NCBI GenBank assembly: GCA_905178155.1
Contig: CAJINV010000004.1
Span: 9,648,625 to 9,712,624 of the forward strand
Direction of reading: 5' to 3'
DNA from: Amoebophrya sp. A120
Taxonomy: Eukaryota > Protista > Dinoflagellata
DNA: 64,000 nucleotides
The notes under the pieces: generated by a model
Seen by the model: only the letters and a program-made list of their open reading frames with translations
The model's database searches: none
Told to the model about the DNA's origin: nothing
Translations under genes and position numbers: made by a program
Shown here: piece after piece, positions 38,331-49,858 of the stretch
Position numbering within the stretch: the first letter of the stretch is position 1
Layout of the letters: the number at the start of each line of letters is the position of its first letter

Positions 38331-38389
38331 ATCTCTGTGTAGTGAGTGTCATCCGTTATAGTATTTGTAGTCATTGTCTTTGTCATCAT
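34163..38389 (-). CDS. Reverse transcriptase / RNase H ORF of the non-LTR element
   Basis: 1408-aa open frame with the motifs above. The first ~25 aa and last ~430 aa look like non-conserved read-through. Confidence 0.85.
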   Translation of the reverse strand: MMTKTMTTNTITDDTHYTEIIIIKIKNSLREKAEKAQATTSGAFQLLRELEAGGRPVTGAAKVLKFGGESHATGLPTVFAKHYASLPTLDEAEEQTAKREAEKIFNEEIKPSTRIEFTLDEIEAALVSQSSTSAGGPDGLKGPQFKNLPTAGKKFLRGFFSDCVNTGGTPQTLKRELLKPLLKPSKPVDKPSSYRPVALTPILAKLLERCVQNRTRLLFAQAGTPVRSHLQYGDCKHRGAAEHVATLSARAQKTFRAGKRRALVLIDLETAFDRVNRHKYARHALKNGARLPEDKRAEHALLVRWTRNFCGDRTRVVEYAGGRSEVHKIPQGVPQGTVIGPTVFCDFFELAEVLEGTGCEVFLYMDDLAISVEYDDPEEAERKLQAALDRLHDWCRRNNMSLSPTKCTLTVLQRVFQQEEKELKLYTHSGAGTELPYESHPKFLGITLDREMRFRKHTEKMLGKLRRRMVAVRALARLPWTRTADVRVFYRLFCESLVRYGLGSYYFALPQKCKQELDRFHKQAARSILGLPRTTNGDCALHEAGLQPLENLAKEEAAALLARGMSREKTDPLREQVEAAAGQVDWVTAAADALRASALPEGCEVLAEPGALPQNGLSTVHAAKEAGRLTVRTTGTTDEELRQLTTAADVSLYTDGSVKDFQCAAAVVEDAWDRYREYGWATTSYGDSFDAERAALLGALATVAERPAGEVRTAVVVTDSQSNLEALQNPRIRDGSDLLLYETLRDALEKLGPAGHLSLVFTKSHRKVVDGNEVADKLATMAREQTDYTEVGARVTHRQAKREVARSLRQQKKKELQDRGKQTGGSKTCVTLRQVSNFAANPIDSVAHATRADEVAYSAARMGLLVSDITGRDYACPFCQGRTQSPPAATTAHLVQECPALQSLRVVDPSNPGEFRSAALQEDPCWGIEFIRLLRRALQPGGELDDDADWDSDTEDETQQRNAGAELFSANKAPPGLHPPLSPPQTHYRGRGAVEGAWGGPDRYSYCYSCLPTETSSAMNIRNFLHVPQDPASLAHYIPVQKPPQRDSRPAPHAAHLQSSRASWSRPCTPAQAHAHPHHPAAYPTSWTCSTTPEQSNPTNPRETPTRAPPGGGCPNRYSYHVIDAHHSLGLDVLQCPPLAVVALPSTTQVTYQPHQSLPLLPGNHIDSEPTCPSTDLHGSTQPRPAEDGHFGTPTGARRRLHATARRNGAHLRETRSGAPHGGGPPNRYNSNPQYSVACWYGMHGSLGGVVAPSPLHNIQVHPPYTNRTVSPHEHAGRRATTHRWTKGDTGRSTSAPSGPWRNHYIQRGAPPTRTWWPHASWTASTCGRHPGTIPERVPQGGGHPNRYNSTLYPCGAAWHGMQQYHAGPGARPPQNPQVNRHDAANGRTGWLWDDQGGNANRGTAGWI

Positions 38390-38506
38390 AAAGTGTGTTT
38401 TCTCCCCAGCGTTAGAAGATTTGTTTTTCTTGCATCGCCTTCGCCACTAGGGCGGTCTCGCAACGCAAGTATCGATCTACTTCGTTGTGCCTCAATATCA
38501 CTGAAA

Positions 38507-41500
38507 ATGGACCTCCGCACGAATTCGCTCCTCCAGGACAAGTACAAGTCCGGCTCCAAGGAGCAGCAGCGCCTCTTCGGCGAGCAGCGCCGCACGGATT
38601 TTCTGGAGAATGCCGCCGCGGACAAGCGGAGTCGCATCGTATCAAGTGTAAAAGTGTCTGGGTCTGGAAAAGTGTACTTGTCATGCTAAATCTGAACCAT
38701 ACAAAAATCTGTGTTGCATGATTACCAATAAAGCTGTTCACTTTTGAGAAGGCCGAGAGGCAGTTTCTCATGCGGAAAAGGCATGGTAAAGATCTCACAA
38801 AATCTGTGATGCTATGGCATGCATCACAGACCTCACACGTCATGCAAAACTTGCATCACAAATCTGGCAGCTTCCATATATCGATTCTCATAGTATAGCA
38901 GGTCTCTGGGGTTCTGTGTGATTCAGTCACGGATTTCCTGTCTGCTTCTATTACAGTTGTGAACGCAAAGTATGGTTGAAAAATATATAAGTGCCCGGGG
39001 ATGAAGAAATGCTCGCGATGTTTTCGCGGTTCTGACCCTATGCCGCTCCAGCGCCTGTGGAGGCTTGTTTCCCCAGTGATAATGGACAATGGCAATGTCG
39101 GTGCGGTTGTTTTAGCATCACAAATCTGGCATTCTTCCAGACCCAGACATTTTTGCAATCCATACATCGAACAGATGCGCAGAATGGCGTTCGAGCGGGA
39201 TGTATCCTGTGCAAAAGTATAGTACTCGTAGTAATCGCAGTCATGCATTACAAATCTTCAGCCCAAGGTAAAACAGCATTTACAAATTCCATTTGTCATG
39301 CTGAGCTAATTTGTCATGCGATTGATATATCATCGAGACCCACGGAGCTTTACCCGCTAGACCAGGATTCTCCCATGCGAGCACCTTCTTCGTTCCTCCA
39401 GGCTTTTCTCGGCGTCCTTGGTCGGACGCTCCTGTTCTTGGTTGAAGTTGGACCCCGTGTGGCGGTAGCAGCTTCTCCTTTGCCCTGCCTTAGTAGCTCG
39501 AGCCTCGTTGCACTTCGTAAACTCTGCTCTTCGTAAAGTGAAGTCGTCTGGTGTTTTGTTGTCTTACCTTAGTACGGTAACCCCTTCCCCGCCTGTGTAA
39601 AAAACATTAACTTCCCATGTCCCCTTGCTTTTCTCGACTAAACAGTTATACTGTTATTTTTCTTCTAATGCTTACTTCCGCTGCTTTTTATTTATCAGTT
39701 TTAGTAGGGCATGATGCCAAAAGGGACGGACTGCCCTTAGAACTCCCATGTCATGCGATTGATACTAGTACGATACTTTTGCAGTTCATAGGATGCTGAC
39801 CAGCAAAGAGGGGGCTCATCTGCGAGGCAAGAAGTAGATCTGGAAGACGACGAGGACGACGACGATGAGGAATTCAGTACGATATCCGATATAATTGCGA
39901 CGTCGCAAGATCATGATCAGCAGTTGTTGTATGACAATCAAGATCTTTCTTCACCAAATGGTCGTATGCCGTCGTCCTCTCAGGAGCCTCTTCGAACAAA
40001 GCACAGGCACAACTACGACGAGGATGAGGACGATTTCGATTTCGACATGCATGAAAATTACGGTGCAACTACATCAAGACACAACTATCGCAACAGAAAC
40101 AACGGCACTTACAACAACGCCCGATCATCAAGCAGCAGAAATCCCAAATCCCTAGCCGCCACGGCGAAAAACAAGGCGAAGAAGCGATTTCGCGAGTTCA
40201 GTCAGGCGTTCATGCAGCCCGACTGGCTTCTCCCCGCCCCCGAGGTGATACCCGCGGATTTACTCGGGAACAGCAGTGGCACAACTGGATCGTCCTCGAA
40301 GAACGCCTCCCCCGGGGGCTGGTTCTGCTGCGTCCGCCCGGAGGGCGACCGAGTGATGATCTTCAGCGACGGGGGGCACACGCAAATTCGGCGCAGAAAC
40401 GGTACGGTGTTGCAGCAGTGGTTCCGCGACACCCGGTTTCCGAAAGGGCAGACGATTTTAGACGGCATTCTGGACTTGACCGCGGCGAATTTGGGTGGCG
40501 GTGACGCTGTTCTGAACAAAGATGGATCTACTTCCTCTAGTGCACCAATCGCAACTAGCAGCGGCATCATTTACGTTGTGGACGTGCTAGTGTGGGCCGA
40601 CGTCACTTTCTACGATGCGGAATTTGAGTTCCGGCACTTCTGGCTGCGATCCCGGCTCGAGGAACAGGATTGGGAGACCGAGATGCCAGTAGTGCCGATA
40701 TTATTGAACAACGGAGCTCTCGCTTCTGGCGGGTACCAGCAAGGAAATTTTGGTGGTGGAAATCAGCTCAAGAACTACCAGCAGTCGAGAAACAAACGGC
40801 GAAACAACAGGCGGCAGCAAAGAAAAAAGGACCAGCAGCAGCAGTTTCATCCAGGTGGAACAACCGCGCAAGATGGCAGCAACGATTCGTGGTGCGGTCC
40901 CAGTCCTCTAAACACGGGTGTTGTAGCTGCTGGTGGAGGCATGGAGGTCGACGAGCAAGCTGGTGCTAGACCTGCCGCAACAGCAGCAAACGGATCCTAT
41001 GCGAATGGACATTTGCCGGGTAATGGGAATGGAATGACCACCATGATAGGCCCTTGTGCGAAGCCGGCTGACGACCCGACTGTTGCAGGAAGTGGTACAT
41101 CAAATGGGGCAACTTCCATGATGGCCAACACCACCTCCTCCGCGGAATCGAAGCGCGCTAAGTATTTCCAAGCCCTGGCCACCGGCGCAATACATAACAG
41201 GCAGAAAGACGTGAAAAACCTCCAAATGACCGTTGACATGACACATCAAGCACAAGCTGCCCGTGGTCCAGATGAGCGATGTCATTCTAGCGTTACTATG
41301 AATGACGAAAACGACCTCTCCCTCTCCACAACCGCCACAAATCCACCTCGAGGCACGAACCCGCTGTACCCACTTGCCACCTTCAGCCTGCGTTTGATCC
41401 ACCAGCAGCAACTCTTTTCCCTCGACGACCTTCAAGCCCTCTACCGTTCCGCGCCTCCCTACGTGCACGACGGACTGCAGTTTTCGCACTCCCTCGGCCG

Positions 41501-42371
41501 GTACACTCCGGGATTGACGCCGTTGGTGTTGACCTGGAAGGATTGGCACTGCAGCCGCTTTGCCGTGGACGACCGGGAAGAACAGGAGTATTGTGTGTTG
41601 GAATTACGGGAAGACGGATTTTTGCGGACCTCGGACGGTTTGATAGTCGCCCAGCTGCCGGTGGACAAGGTCGGGGTTTCAGATGATGTGGACGGTGCTG
41701 GAGCTCCTGCATGTCCAAGTCCAATAGCGAGCCAAGACGCAACAAGTTGTGCGGCAACAGCAGATGTACGACGAGTACAAATGCGTGTTGGCGAACTCGA
41801 CCCTAGTTTCGCTGCTTCGGGAGGAGGTGAAGACGACCACGATACTGCGGAGGACCATATGGAAACGAGCGTGGAGCCCGAGAATGTTGAAGAAGATCCT
41901 GCCTTCTCCCACGACGAGGTCAACCAACTACACGTGACGAGGAACAGGAAGCAGAACAAACACTTCTACCGCATCCGGGGCATGCTGAAGCCGGTTTTCC
42001 AAGTCGGGTCCTTCTTGAAAATATCCATCAGTGCCGTCGACCGAGAGAACAGGCGGGTAACGGTGATGGATTTTTCATCTTCGACAAGCCAGCAGGGGGG
42101 CGCGAAGAAAGAGGAGCATCAACTTCCGCAGGAAGGAGAAAAACAGCAACAGCACAGTACTGTGACGCCTACTTGCAGCTCTTCTGGCATTACAAACAGT
42201 ATGATCGCCAACGCTCGTGGTGCGGTGGTGCGGAAAGCCAAGATTCGGACGTATGCGGATTCCTGGTGCAGGATTCAGTTTCAGCACATGCTCCGGTCCC
42301 GACCCAAAGACCACCTGTTTGAATTCCTGTGTCAGCAGATCGCGGCTGGCTGTGGGGCGACCATGGCGTGA
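38507..42371 (+). CDS. SNUPN: Snurportin-1 (m3G-cap snRNP import adaptor). Exons 38507-38639, 39170-39202, 39796-42371
   Basis: IBB-like N-terminus QRRTDFLE..KRSRIEQMRRMA. Cap-binding domain motifs FMQPDWL..P.DL, WFCCVRPEGDR, RRRNG, TILDGI, YVVDVLVW, EFEFRHFWLRSRL, DGLQFSHSLGRYTPGLTPLVLTWKD, KIRTYADSWCRI. Confidence 0.85.
38640..39164. mobile_element. Introner family A with internal insert, DR CATCG
   Basis: TATCAAGTGTAAAAGTGTCTGGGTCTGGAA / CTTCCAGACCCAGACATTTTTGCAATCCATA; GCATCACAAATCTGGCA duplicated at 38853 and 39115. Confidence 0.9.
39203..39790. mobile_element. Introner family B with internal insert, DR GGATG
   Basis: TATCCTGTGCAAAAGTATAGTACTCGTA / TACTAGTACGATACTTTTGCAGTTCATA; TGTCATGCGATTGATA duplicated at 39312 and 39749. 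Confidence 0.9.
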
Positions 42372-43229
42372 GCTTCTCTAAGACAGTAGTTAGACAAGTA
42401 AAGGACAAATAAGCGACCGCACGGCGACATTCTTGAATCATTCATTTTTATCTCGGACCATCAAAAATGATTTGCTCCTGTATGGAAAAGGTGCTGTCGG
42501 TGTACAGCTGGACGGAGTGACGGAATATTCATTGTTCATATGACCATCACGACCTGGAAGTGGAAACATGATCCAGCAAGAAAATTGACAAAGGGAGCTG
42601 CGATCCCGTGATGTATCAAGCACGTTGCTCCTCTACCACGCAATGAATACAATAGGATCATCAACTACAGGTCAACCCGGTATAGCAGGAGCAAGCTCAT
42701 CAGCTCTTGTAGTAGACTCGGCGGGATGCTGCAAAAAAAAGAAAATATCATTGGAAGATGATTCTCCTGGCACGTGGTCGCAAAATTTGCAATCGCATTT
42801 TGGTCTGAAGCAAGAAGTTGAAATTTTAACAAATTGTGATCCATCAACAAGATCCAAATCGTCGCAAAATGGTTCTCAATGGTCGACGAGACGTCCTTAT
42901 CGGGACCACTGATACGAAAGCCAGTGCTACTTGCTCTTGATGTCTGTCATCACACTGTAAACACATGGTTACTAGCTCTCCTTTCATTCACAATATCAGC
43001 GCACAGTGGCACTATTGATGTTATCTCGGCAATTATTATGGTGCTGGATTATGTGTCTGTCATTTTTTCTGTATATTCTACCACGAAATCAAAAAGTAAA
43101 AACGAAACGAAATCAGCTTAATTTCACGCAACATTCGCAGTGTCAGTGAAAATTAATCCTTCACTACTAAATCACCGCAAACTGCAAATCTACACTGTAC
43201 CTATACTTAGCATCGAAAACAAGGGAAAG

Positions 43230-45699
43230 ATGCCTCTCTATTCGAAGAATGGTAAGCGCATGGGCGCGGCCAGAACGGCGAAATTTTACCCCGACGGAGT
43301 AACGCCGAAGACCCAGTGCCCGCTCTTGAGCGAGGCGCGCCTCTCTCCCTGCCACCCCATGAACGATTCGCCCAACATTGACTACTTCGAGGGACGGCCC
43401 AAGCAGCCGGAGCCGCAGATTCTCGTGGCTGATGACCTGGGTTTGCTGAAGACCATCAGCACCACGGAGATCAAGAAAAAGGAGATTCAGCAGGTGTTTG
43501 GCGAAACGCGCAAGGGGAACAAAAATCAGGGAATTTCGGTTCTCGAGTGGCTGCCGGGGCACAAAGGGGTGGTGGTTGGGAGGACAAGTGGCGTGGTGGA
43601 GGTCTTCAAGTACCTCCCACCGGTGGTCGTCGCGAAAAAGAAATCGTACCGGCAGGTAGTGAAAAGTAGTATTGATGGTAGATCTTCTGTGGCATCCTCG
43701 AAGACGAAGCAAGGAGCGCCATCTTCATCGAGTAAAAACGCGTCGAGTTCTACTTCAAAGAGACCTGCAAAAGCCGATGTAGTGGAGATGGCCAGTGACG
43801 ATGAGGACGACAGTGAGGACGAAGAAGGCGAAACAACTCTGAAGAATGACAAGTTCTCAGAGGACGAGGAGCAGAGTGACGAAAAAAAACCGGCGAAAAA
43901 CAGCGAAGATAGCACGAATAAACCGAAAGAAGAGGAGCCGCAGGGGAAATTCGTCACAACGCCTGTCTTCAGTTTCGACTTAAAGCTCGCGCTGCACCCA
44001 AAGGACCCGACGAAGAATGAGAAACTGATCTTCGCAACTGGGTGCTGTTTCGAGAAGAAAGAGCAGATGAGCAAGCAGGAAGGAGCTACCACTAGCACAA
44101 CAGTACAGCTACGAGAAGAAGAACAAGACCATGCTGAACCGACGAAGCTTCTCGTTTTGTCCTCTCTGGGTAACGTGTGGATGCTGGACCTCGACATGGG
44201 TACTCTTCTGGCCGCCGCGGTGGAGGAAGATCAAGATGGTGACGACGCTACTACGAGCAAGAAGAAATACAATTACAAAAAAGCCGAATCCCCCTCCTCG
44301 AAGAAATTGTCCACCGGCGCGTCCGGTGCAACACCAGCATCAGAAGAACTACTGCACTTGAAACCCACCTTCACCTTACCCGGGACCTTTATTCAGCCGC
44401 TGGACAAGAAGTGGGCGACCTCGATCAAGCCGCGGCCGTGCGTGAAGGCCGCGTCCTTCCGGGAAGACGTAGAGCAGTTGGCGTACTGCGGGGTAGATAA
44501 CGATGTCCGGGTGTTCGACGTGCGGGAGCGGAAATTGGTGTGGAAGGCGAAAAACCTGCCGAACGATAAATTGGATCTCCAGGTCCCAATCCGCTACTCG
44601 AGGATACACTGGGCGACTGAGGTATAAAATCAGGAATGCTTTCGCTTTTTGTACAGAAAAAAAAAAAGAATTATGCACGATGCATGACAATGCAGGAGCA
44701 GGAAGATCAAGATGACCAATAGTACCATTTGCAATCCTCGAGCACGTCAAGAACGTTGTATTTGCAGATTCCCAGCAACACTGATAGCTTGTGACTTCAC
44801 AAAAAGAAAAAATCCTATATGCCCAGGCCCTCGACTGCGACACCGCGTTGGTGTGCTGCACGATGGACGGCAAAATCCGGGTTTTCGACATGAAAGCGAA
44901 GCAACTGCGCGCCCTGTTTGACCTCCCCGTCGTGTACAAGCGGGAACGATCCATCGGGCACGCGGGCGCCGCGGGGAAGGAGGAGAGACCGATTACCGCG
45001 TCGGTGTTGACCGACAACGGAATTCTGGCTGTGGGCGACACGGTCGGGAATCTCGATATTTTTGACTTGACCAAAACGAAACCGTATTTGACGGGAACGC
45101 CGGACTCCTTGCTTTTTCAGAACAAAATGGTCAAGGACATCCCCAAAATCGCCTCCATCGCCCATCACGAGTACGTCTGGAAGGGGCAGATCATCAAGTA
45201 CCTCGGTGCGTGTGCCCCCGAGGGATCCGCGATTCGATCGCTGTGCTTCATCCCGCAGACAAAGCAACTCGCGAGCGTCGGGCTGGGCCGGTTCGCGACC
45301 GTCCACAAGGCTTTGGAGTCGGATAAACGACGGGAACAGGATAAAAAGACGTACATGAAACAAAAACTTACCGCAGTCGTGGCGTTACCCCCGGTGGATC
45401 TGAGCAAGGTGAAAGTGGAAGGGGAAGGAGAAGCGGAGACGCAGAAAACGGATAATTCGAAAGCAAGAACTACACCCGCGTCGTCTTCAAAAAACACGGC
45501 GGCAACTACCACAGCCGATGCAGATGAACCTGGTTCAGACGGCGCGGAGGAGGAAGAGGAAGAAGGCCTGTTGAGCGATGACGATATTGTGTCTGAACTC
45601 AGCTACGGCAGCTACGTACAGGAGTTTGACGACGATGACGAAAGTTCAGAGGAGGTTGCCCCTCCGCCGAAGAAGAGGAGAAATAGGGGGAGAAAGTGA
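43230..45699 (+). CDS. NSA1: WD40 ribosome-biogenesis protein WDR74/Nsa1-like. Exons 43230-44621 and 44827-45699, one canonical GT-AG intron
   Basis: ILVADDLGLLK; DNDVRVFDV..VWKAKNLPNDKLDLQVPI; GDTVGNLDIFDL; GSAIRSL..LASVGLGRF; KTYMKQKLT. Donor GAG|GTATAA at 44622, acceptor CCAG| at 44826, in frame. Confidence 0.8.
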
Positions 45700-46573
45700 A
45701 TTAGTATGAAATCAGGATGATACATAGGTCGGTTTCCAAGCCCCTGTTGAGCATGCAGTAGGAACTTGTAAAGCTTGTTTGGGAACGAGATATCATCTTT
45801 CTACACTAGTACATGCTACATGACATTGACACGCATCGCCATAGAATTGCGCACAGCCACTTTTTCATATATTTAGAATAGAGATCTCTAGCAGAACGTC
45901 ACACATTGAAAGCGAATTTTAGTTGTTCCATATTGATATTGCTGGACAGGCCCTGGCGCTGGCGCTCATGGTACTTCTCGTCCAAATTATCCCCCTCTTT
46001 GGTCTTTCGTGTATTGCGATTGCAGTTGCACTCGTTTTCGTTCAATGAAAATTGTCGTCTTTCTGTATGCAAAAGGGTGTTGCGCCGTATGGACACCGAT
46101 GTTCGTTACCGTCGCCGATGGTGGTCAAAAATCATGTCGTGATGTTGACGCGCCTCGTAATATTCGTTCACTCCGGCAGTTCCGTGTTTCGTGCTCTTCT
46201 TGTCATCTTTCTTGTCGTTGTTCCTGCCATCTTCAAAACAAAAGGCGACTGCGACGGGATCCTGGAAATACGTACTTAAACATGGGTCAAGTTTGATATG
46301 AGTTTGAGTAAGCATCGTCCTCCTTTGCGTGCCAGTTCCCGCCTGAGCTGAAACTCCGACTCTCCCGTCGAACTCTTGTCTCGCATTCTGAAACATTTAA
46401 GTAGATAGACTTGTTGAAGTTGACTTTCCATTGTATATACGCAAACGCAATTCCAATTCTTCTTTTAGTGTCAGTGTCTTGTCGTCTCCAAATCGCTAGA
46501 TAATCGTACTAAAGGTAGAACTACAACAGCTGCCGTAGGGGTCGTGAATCTAGTAGTGCTCCCGAAAAAAAAA

Positions 46574-46954
46574 ATGGTCAAGAAGATCGCCGGCGCTGTT
46601 CTTGCGAACGCCGTTTGTGCGGGGGCGGTACTCGCATCCGCGACACCGACCGCCACGCATTCCTGGACTGGAAGTGAAACGTCGGGGTTTCTGCAGCAGA
46701 CTTACGCTAAGAAAAAGAAACAAGACGTCGATGGCACACCGAAAGCCTGCGACTACACCATCAAAGTGGACAAATTTTGCCCGTGGAGTCCGGAAACCGA
46801 TAATTTCTCAATCACCTGCGAGAAGTTCAAAGAGGACGATTGCACTGAAGGCGCTATTAAAAAGCGGGACAACGAGAAGAATGAGGGGTCAGAGAAGTAC
46901 ATGGAAAACGTCAAAACGAATGCCCGCTGTGCCTCTTGCGAGAATGTCTGCTAG
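46574..46954 (+). CDS. Small putatively secreted Cys-rich protein (126 aa)
   Basis: Hydrophobic N-terminus MVKKIAGAVLANAVCAGAVLASA; C-terminal ARCASCENVC; a paralog lies at 51868-53614. Confidence 0.7.
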   Translation: MVKKIAGAVLANAVCAGAVLASATPTATHSWTGSETSGFLQQTYAKKKKQDVDGTPKACDYTIKVDKFCPWSPETDNFSITCEKFKEDDCTEGAIKKRDNEKNEGSEKYMENVKTNARCASCENVC

Positions 46955-48232
46955 GTGCAGTAAGGGAATGGCGCGCGGCGAGGACGACTTCCTACACCTT
47001 CTCTCATCAATCGGGATTTTTCTTTTTTCGGAGAACGCACATACTTGCATTTGCTTGGTGACCTTCGGATACGCATTTTTATCCACAACTCTGCAGCTTT
47101 CTCCATTAAGCACGTCTCGGAACAAGAAGTACTCTTTTGCTTTTCTTTGAATGTTAGTTTTCGTAACGACAACAGGAACAGCCATGTCGACTTCTCAAGA
47201 TCGTGCGGTGTCTTCACAGTCAGAGGGACGCAGTGCCTCACGATTTTGGGATTAAAAGTCAAAAATTCATGTTTAATTTTTTTTCTTTTTATTTTTTGCA
47301 CATATTTGGTTTCGGAGTCGTGCCCTTTTTCTTCCTAAGTAGTCTGTTATCTTTTCCCCTTTAGATACTTCCTTTATATATATGTTTTCCACAGTCGTTG
47401 TACATCGTGGTTGTGCTTCCAGGTTCCTTCCACGTGTAGTAAGTTCCCATCCCGTTTCATATGGTATCGTTTTTGTAGTTTATTGTTATTGCTCCTAATG
47501 CTATAAGTACAAGTAGCTAATCCCTAACCCCCCCCCAGCACATCAACGCCCACGATCAAAGGAGTAGGTACCAGAATGCCCATGAATATTTGCAAAAACA
47601 GCAGTAGCTGCTCCCCGGTCTTTGCCCAGGAATAGAAATTCCATTGCATATCCTGCTCCCGATGAAATGCATCATAGTCGTCTGTTCCTGTAGTTGCACC
47701 CCATAGAAGCACGTCCCCGGCGGCATAGCCTGTCGCGTCACAGGAAACACGACATCCTCGACCCCCACATGACCCTTTTCCCCCGAAGCAACTTTCATCC
47801 CCCTCGAATTCCGTTCCACCTGGCCGGTACGTCGTGTGCATGGTAGTGTTCTTTCACTTCCGTGTCATTATCGTGTTTAGCCAAGCACGGCCGTGTTCCC
47901 TTGTCTGCCGATAGTTCGGAGGAGGTCGCTTCTCCGCTGGAGAAGAAAAAAAATAAGGGGAGAAAGTAAAGTTGCATGTGTAGAAGCATCTGTCTATGCT
48001 CGCCGAGGTTCATCATGCAAGAAAATCCACGCGCAACTGCAAAATCTTCGTAACGTCCTCACATCATGACGTGTTGAATTTATTTCTGCTCGCTCTGGAT
48101 CCTGTATGTAAGTATGATGTATTTCTGCGCGCTTGCTTTTTATTACTAACACCGTATAAGAAAACAAGCACAAGTGCCGTCGAAAGCGAAACTGCAACAC
48201 CGTACAGGCTGAGGCTAGGTCACATACGCATT

Positions 48233-48484
48233 CCCACTTGCAAATATGTGTGGGTCTGGAAACTTGTGATGCTAAAATGTGCATGATGGAAACACTCCCG
48301 AATGCAGTCCGGCATGACAACTTCCCAAAACGCTTTCTCATAGGCAATCCGCATAAGAAACTGCGTTTTTGCATGACAAAAGAGGCTGCGACTTTTGTTG
48401 GTTATGCAATACAGATTTTCTAGGTATGGAAAGCTAGCATTACAAGTTCCAACCTTCCAGACCCAGACACTTTTACAATCCATA
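48233..48484. mobile_element. Family-A introner with damaged left end, at the breakpoint of the partial Nsa1 duplicate
   Basis: Left CCACTTGCAAATATGTGTGGGTCTGGAA (no TAT, no matching DR); right CTTCCAGACCCAGACACTTTTACAATCCATA followed by Nsa1 exon CTGCG. Confidence 0.75.
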
Positions 48485-48977
48485 CTGCGGGGTCGATAAC
48501 GATGTCCGGGTCTTCGACGTACGGGAGCGGAAATTGGTGTGGAAAGCGAAAAACCTGCCGAATGACAAATTGGATCTCCAGGTCCCAATCCGCTACTCGA
48601 GGATACACTGGGCGACTGAGGTATAAAATCAGGAATGCTTTTGCTTTTTGTAGTAGATAGTTTAAAGAATTATGCACGATGCATGACAATGCAGGAAGAT
48701 GACCAATCTGTTGTAGTACCATTTGCAATGCTCGAGCACGTTAAGAACGTTGTTATTTATTTCGAATTTCCAGCAAAAGATAAAGAACTCATACTCGACT
48801 TCTCAAGAAATCCTGTATCCCCAGGCCCTCGACTGCGACACCGCGTTGGTGTGCTGCACCATGGACGGCAAAATCCGGATTTTCGACATGAAAGCGAAGC
48901 AACCGCGGGCCCTGTTTGACCTCCCCGTCGTGTACAAGCGCGAACGATCCATCGGGCACGCGGGCGCCGCGGGGAAG

Positions 48978-49242
48978 TATCAACTGTAAAAATGTCTGGG
49001 TCTGGAAGATTCTGACACTTGTCACGCACGTTTTGCATGAGCCATAATGTCTGTGATGCATACCCTAGCAATACAGATTTCTTGAGGGCTTCTTGATGCC
49101 TATCCCGCATGACAAATGCCTCCTCAGCGTAGGAAAAATTGCATTCCCTACTTTGGTACTCATGCAATACAGATTTTTTTGGAATCCAAATGCAGCATCA
49201 AAAGTTGCATTCTTCCAAACCCAGACATTTTTACATTTGATA
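48978..49242. mobile_element. Introner family A (reverse orientation), DR GGAAG
   Basis: TATCAACTGTAAAAATGTCTGGGTCTGGAAG / CTTCCAAACCCAGACATTTTTACATTTGATA; the empty site in intact Nsa1 has one GGAAG. Confidence 0.95.
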
Positions 49243-49305
49243 GGAAGGAAGAGAGACCCATTACCGCGTCGGTGTTGACCGACAACGGTATTCTGGCTGT
49301 TGGCG

Positions 49306-49454
49306 TATGAATTGCAAAAGTATCGTACTCGTATAAATGCATTACAAATTTCCTCAGCATGAGAAATAAAATTTGTAATGCGGATTTGCCTCAAGAAGAA
49401 GATTTGTAATGCAAGACTTGCATTTATACGAATACGATACTTTTGCAATGCATA
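49306..49454. mobile_element. Introner family B, DR TGGCG
   Basis: TATGAATTGCAAAAGTATCGTACTCGTATAAATGC / GCATTTATACGAATACGATACTTTTGCAATGCATA; empty site present in the intact copy. Confidence 0.95.
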
Positions 49455-49588
49455 TGGCGACACGGTCGGGAACCTCGATATTTTCGACTTGACCAAAACG
49501 AAACCCTATTTGACGGGAACGCCGGACTCCTTGCTTTTTCAGAACAAGATGGTCAAGGACATCCCGAAAATCGCCTCCATCGCCCACC

Positions 49589-49858
49589 TATGGAAACCAA
49601 AAATGTCTGGGTCTGGAAGATTGCAACTTGTAATGCTGTCTTTGGATTCCAAAAAAATCTGTATTGCATGACCAGCGACAGGACTCCAGTTTGTGTTACG
49701 CGGAGAGGGCATTTCTCATGCGGAATAGCCATTAGGAAGCCCTCTACAAAAACAAATCTGTGTTGCTAGATCATGCATTAGAGCAGGCATCAATCATCAT
49801 ACAAAATATGCATGACAAGTCTGCATCCTTCCAGACCCAGACGTTTTTGCATTTGATA
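49589..49858. mobile_element. Introner family A, DR CCACC/CCATC
   Basis: TATGGAAACCAAAAATGTCTGGGTCTGGAAG / CTTCCAGACCCAGACGTTTTTGCATTTGATA; empty site GCCCATCAC. Confidence 0.95.

Noticed and set aside
44791-44826. Separate gene start at ORF 44791 (MTSQKEK...)
   Set aside because: This stretch is the end of the canonical intron. It diverges in the paralog, and the exon resumes at 44827 in frame with exon 1.
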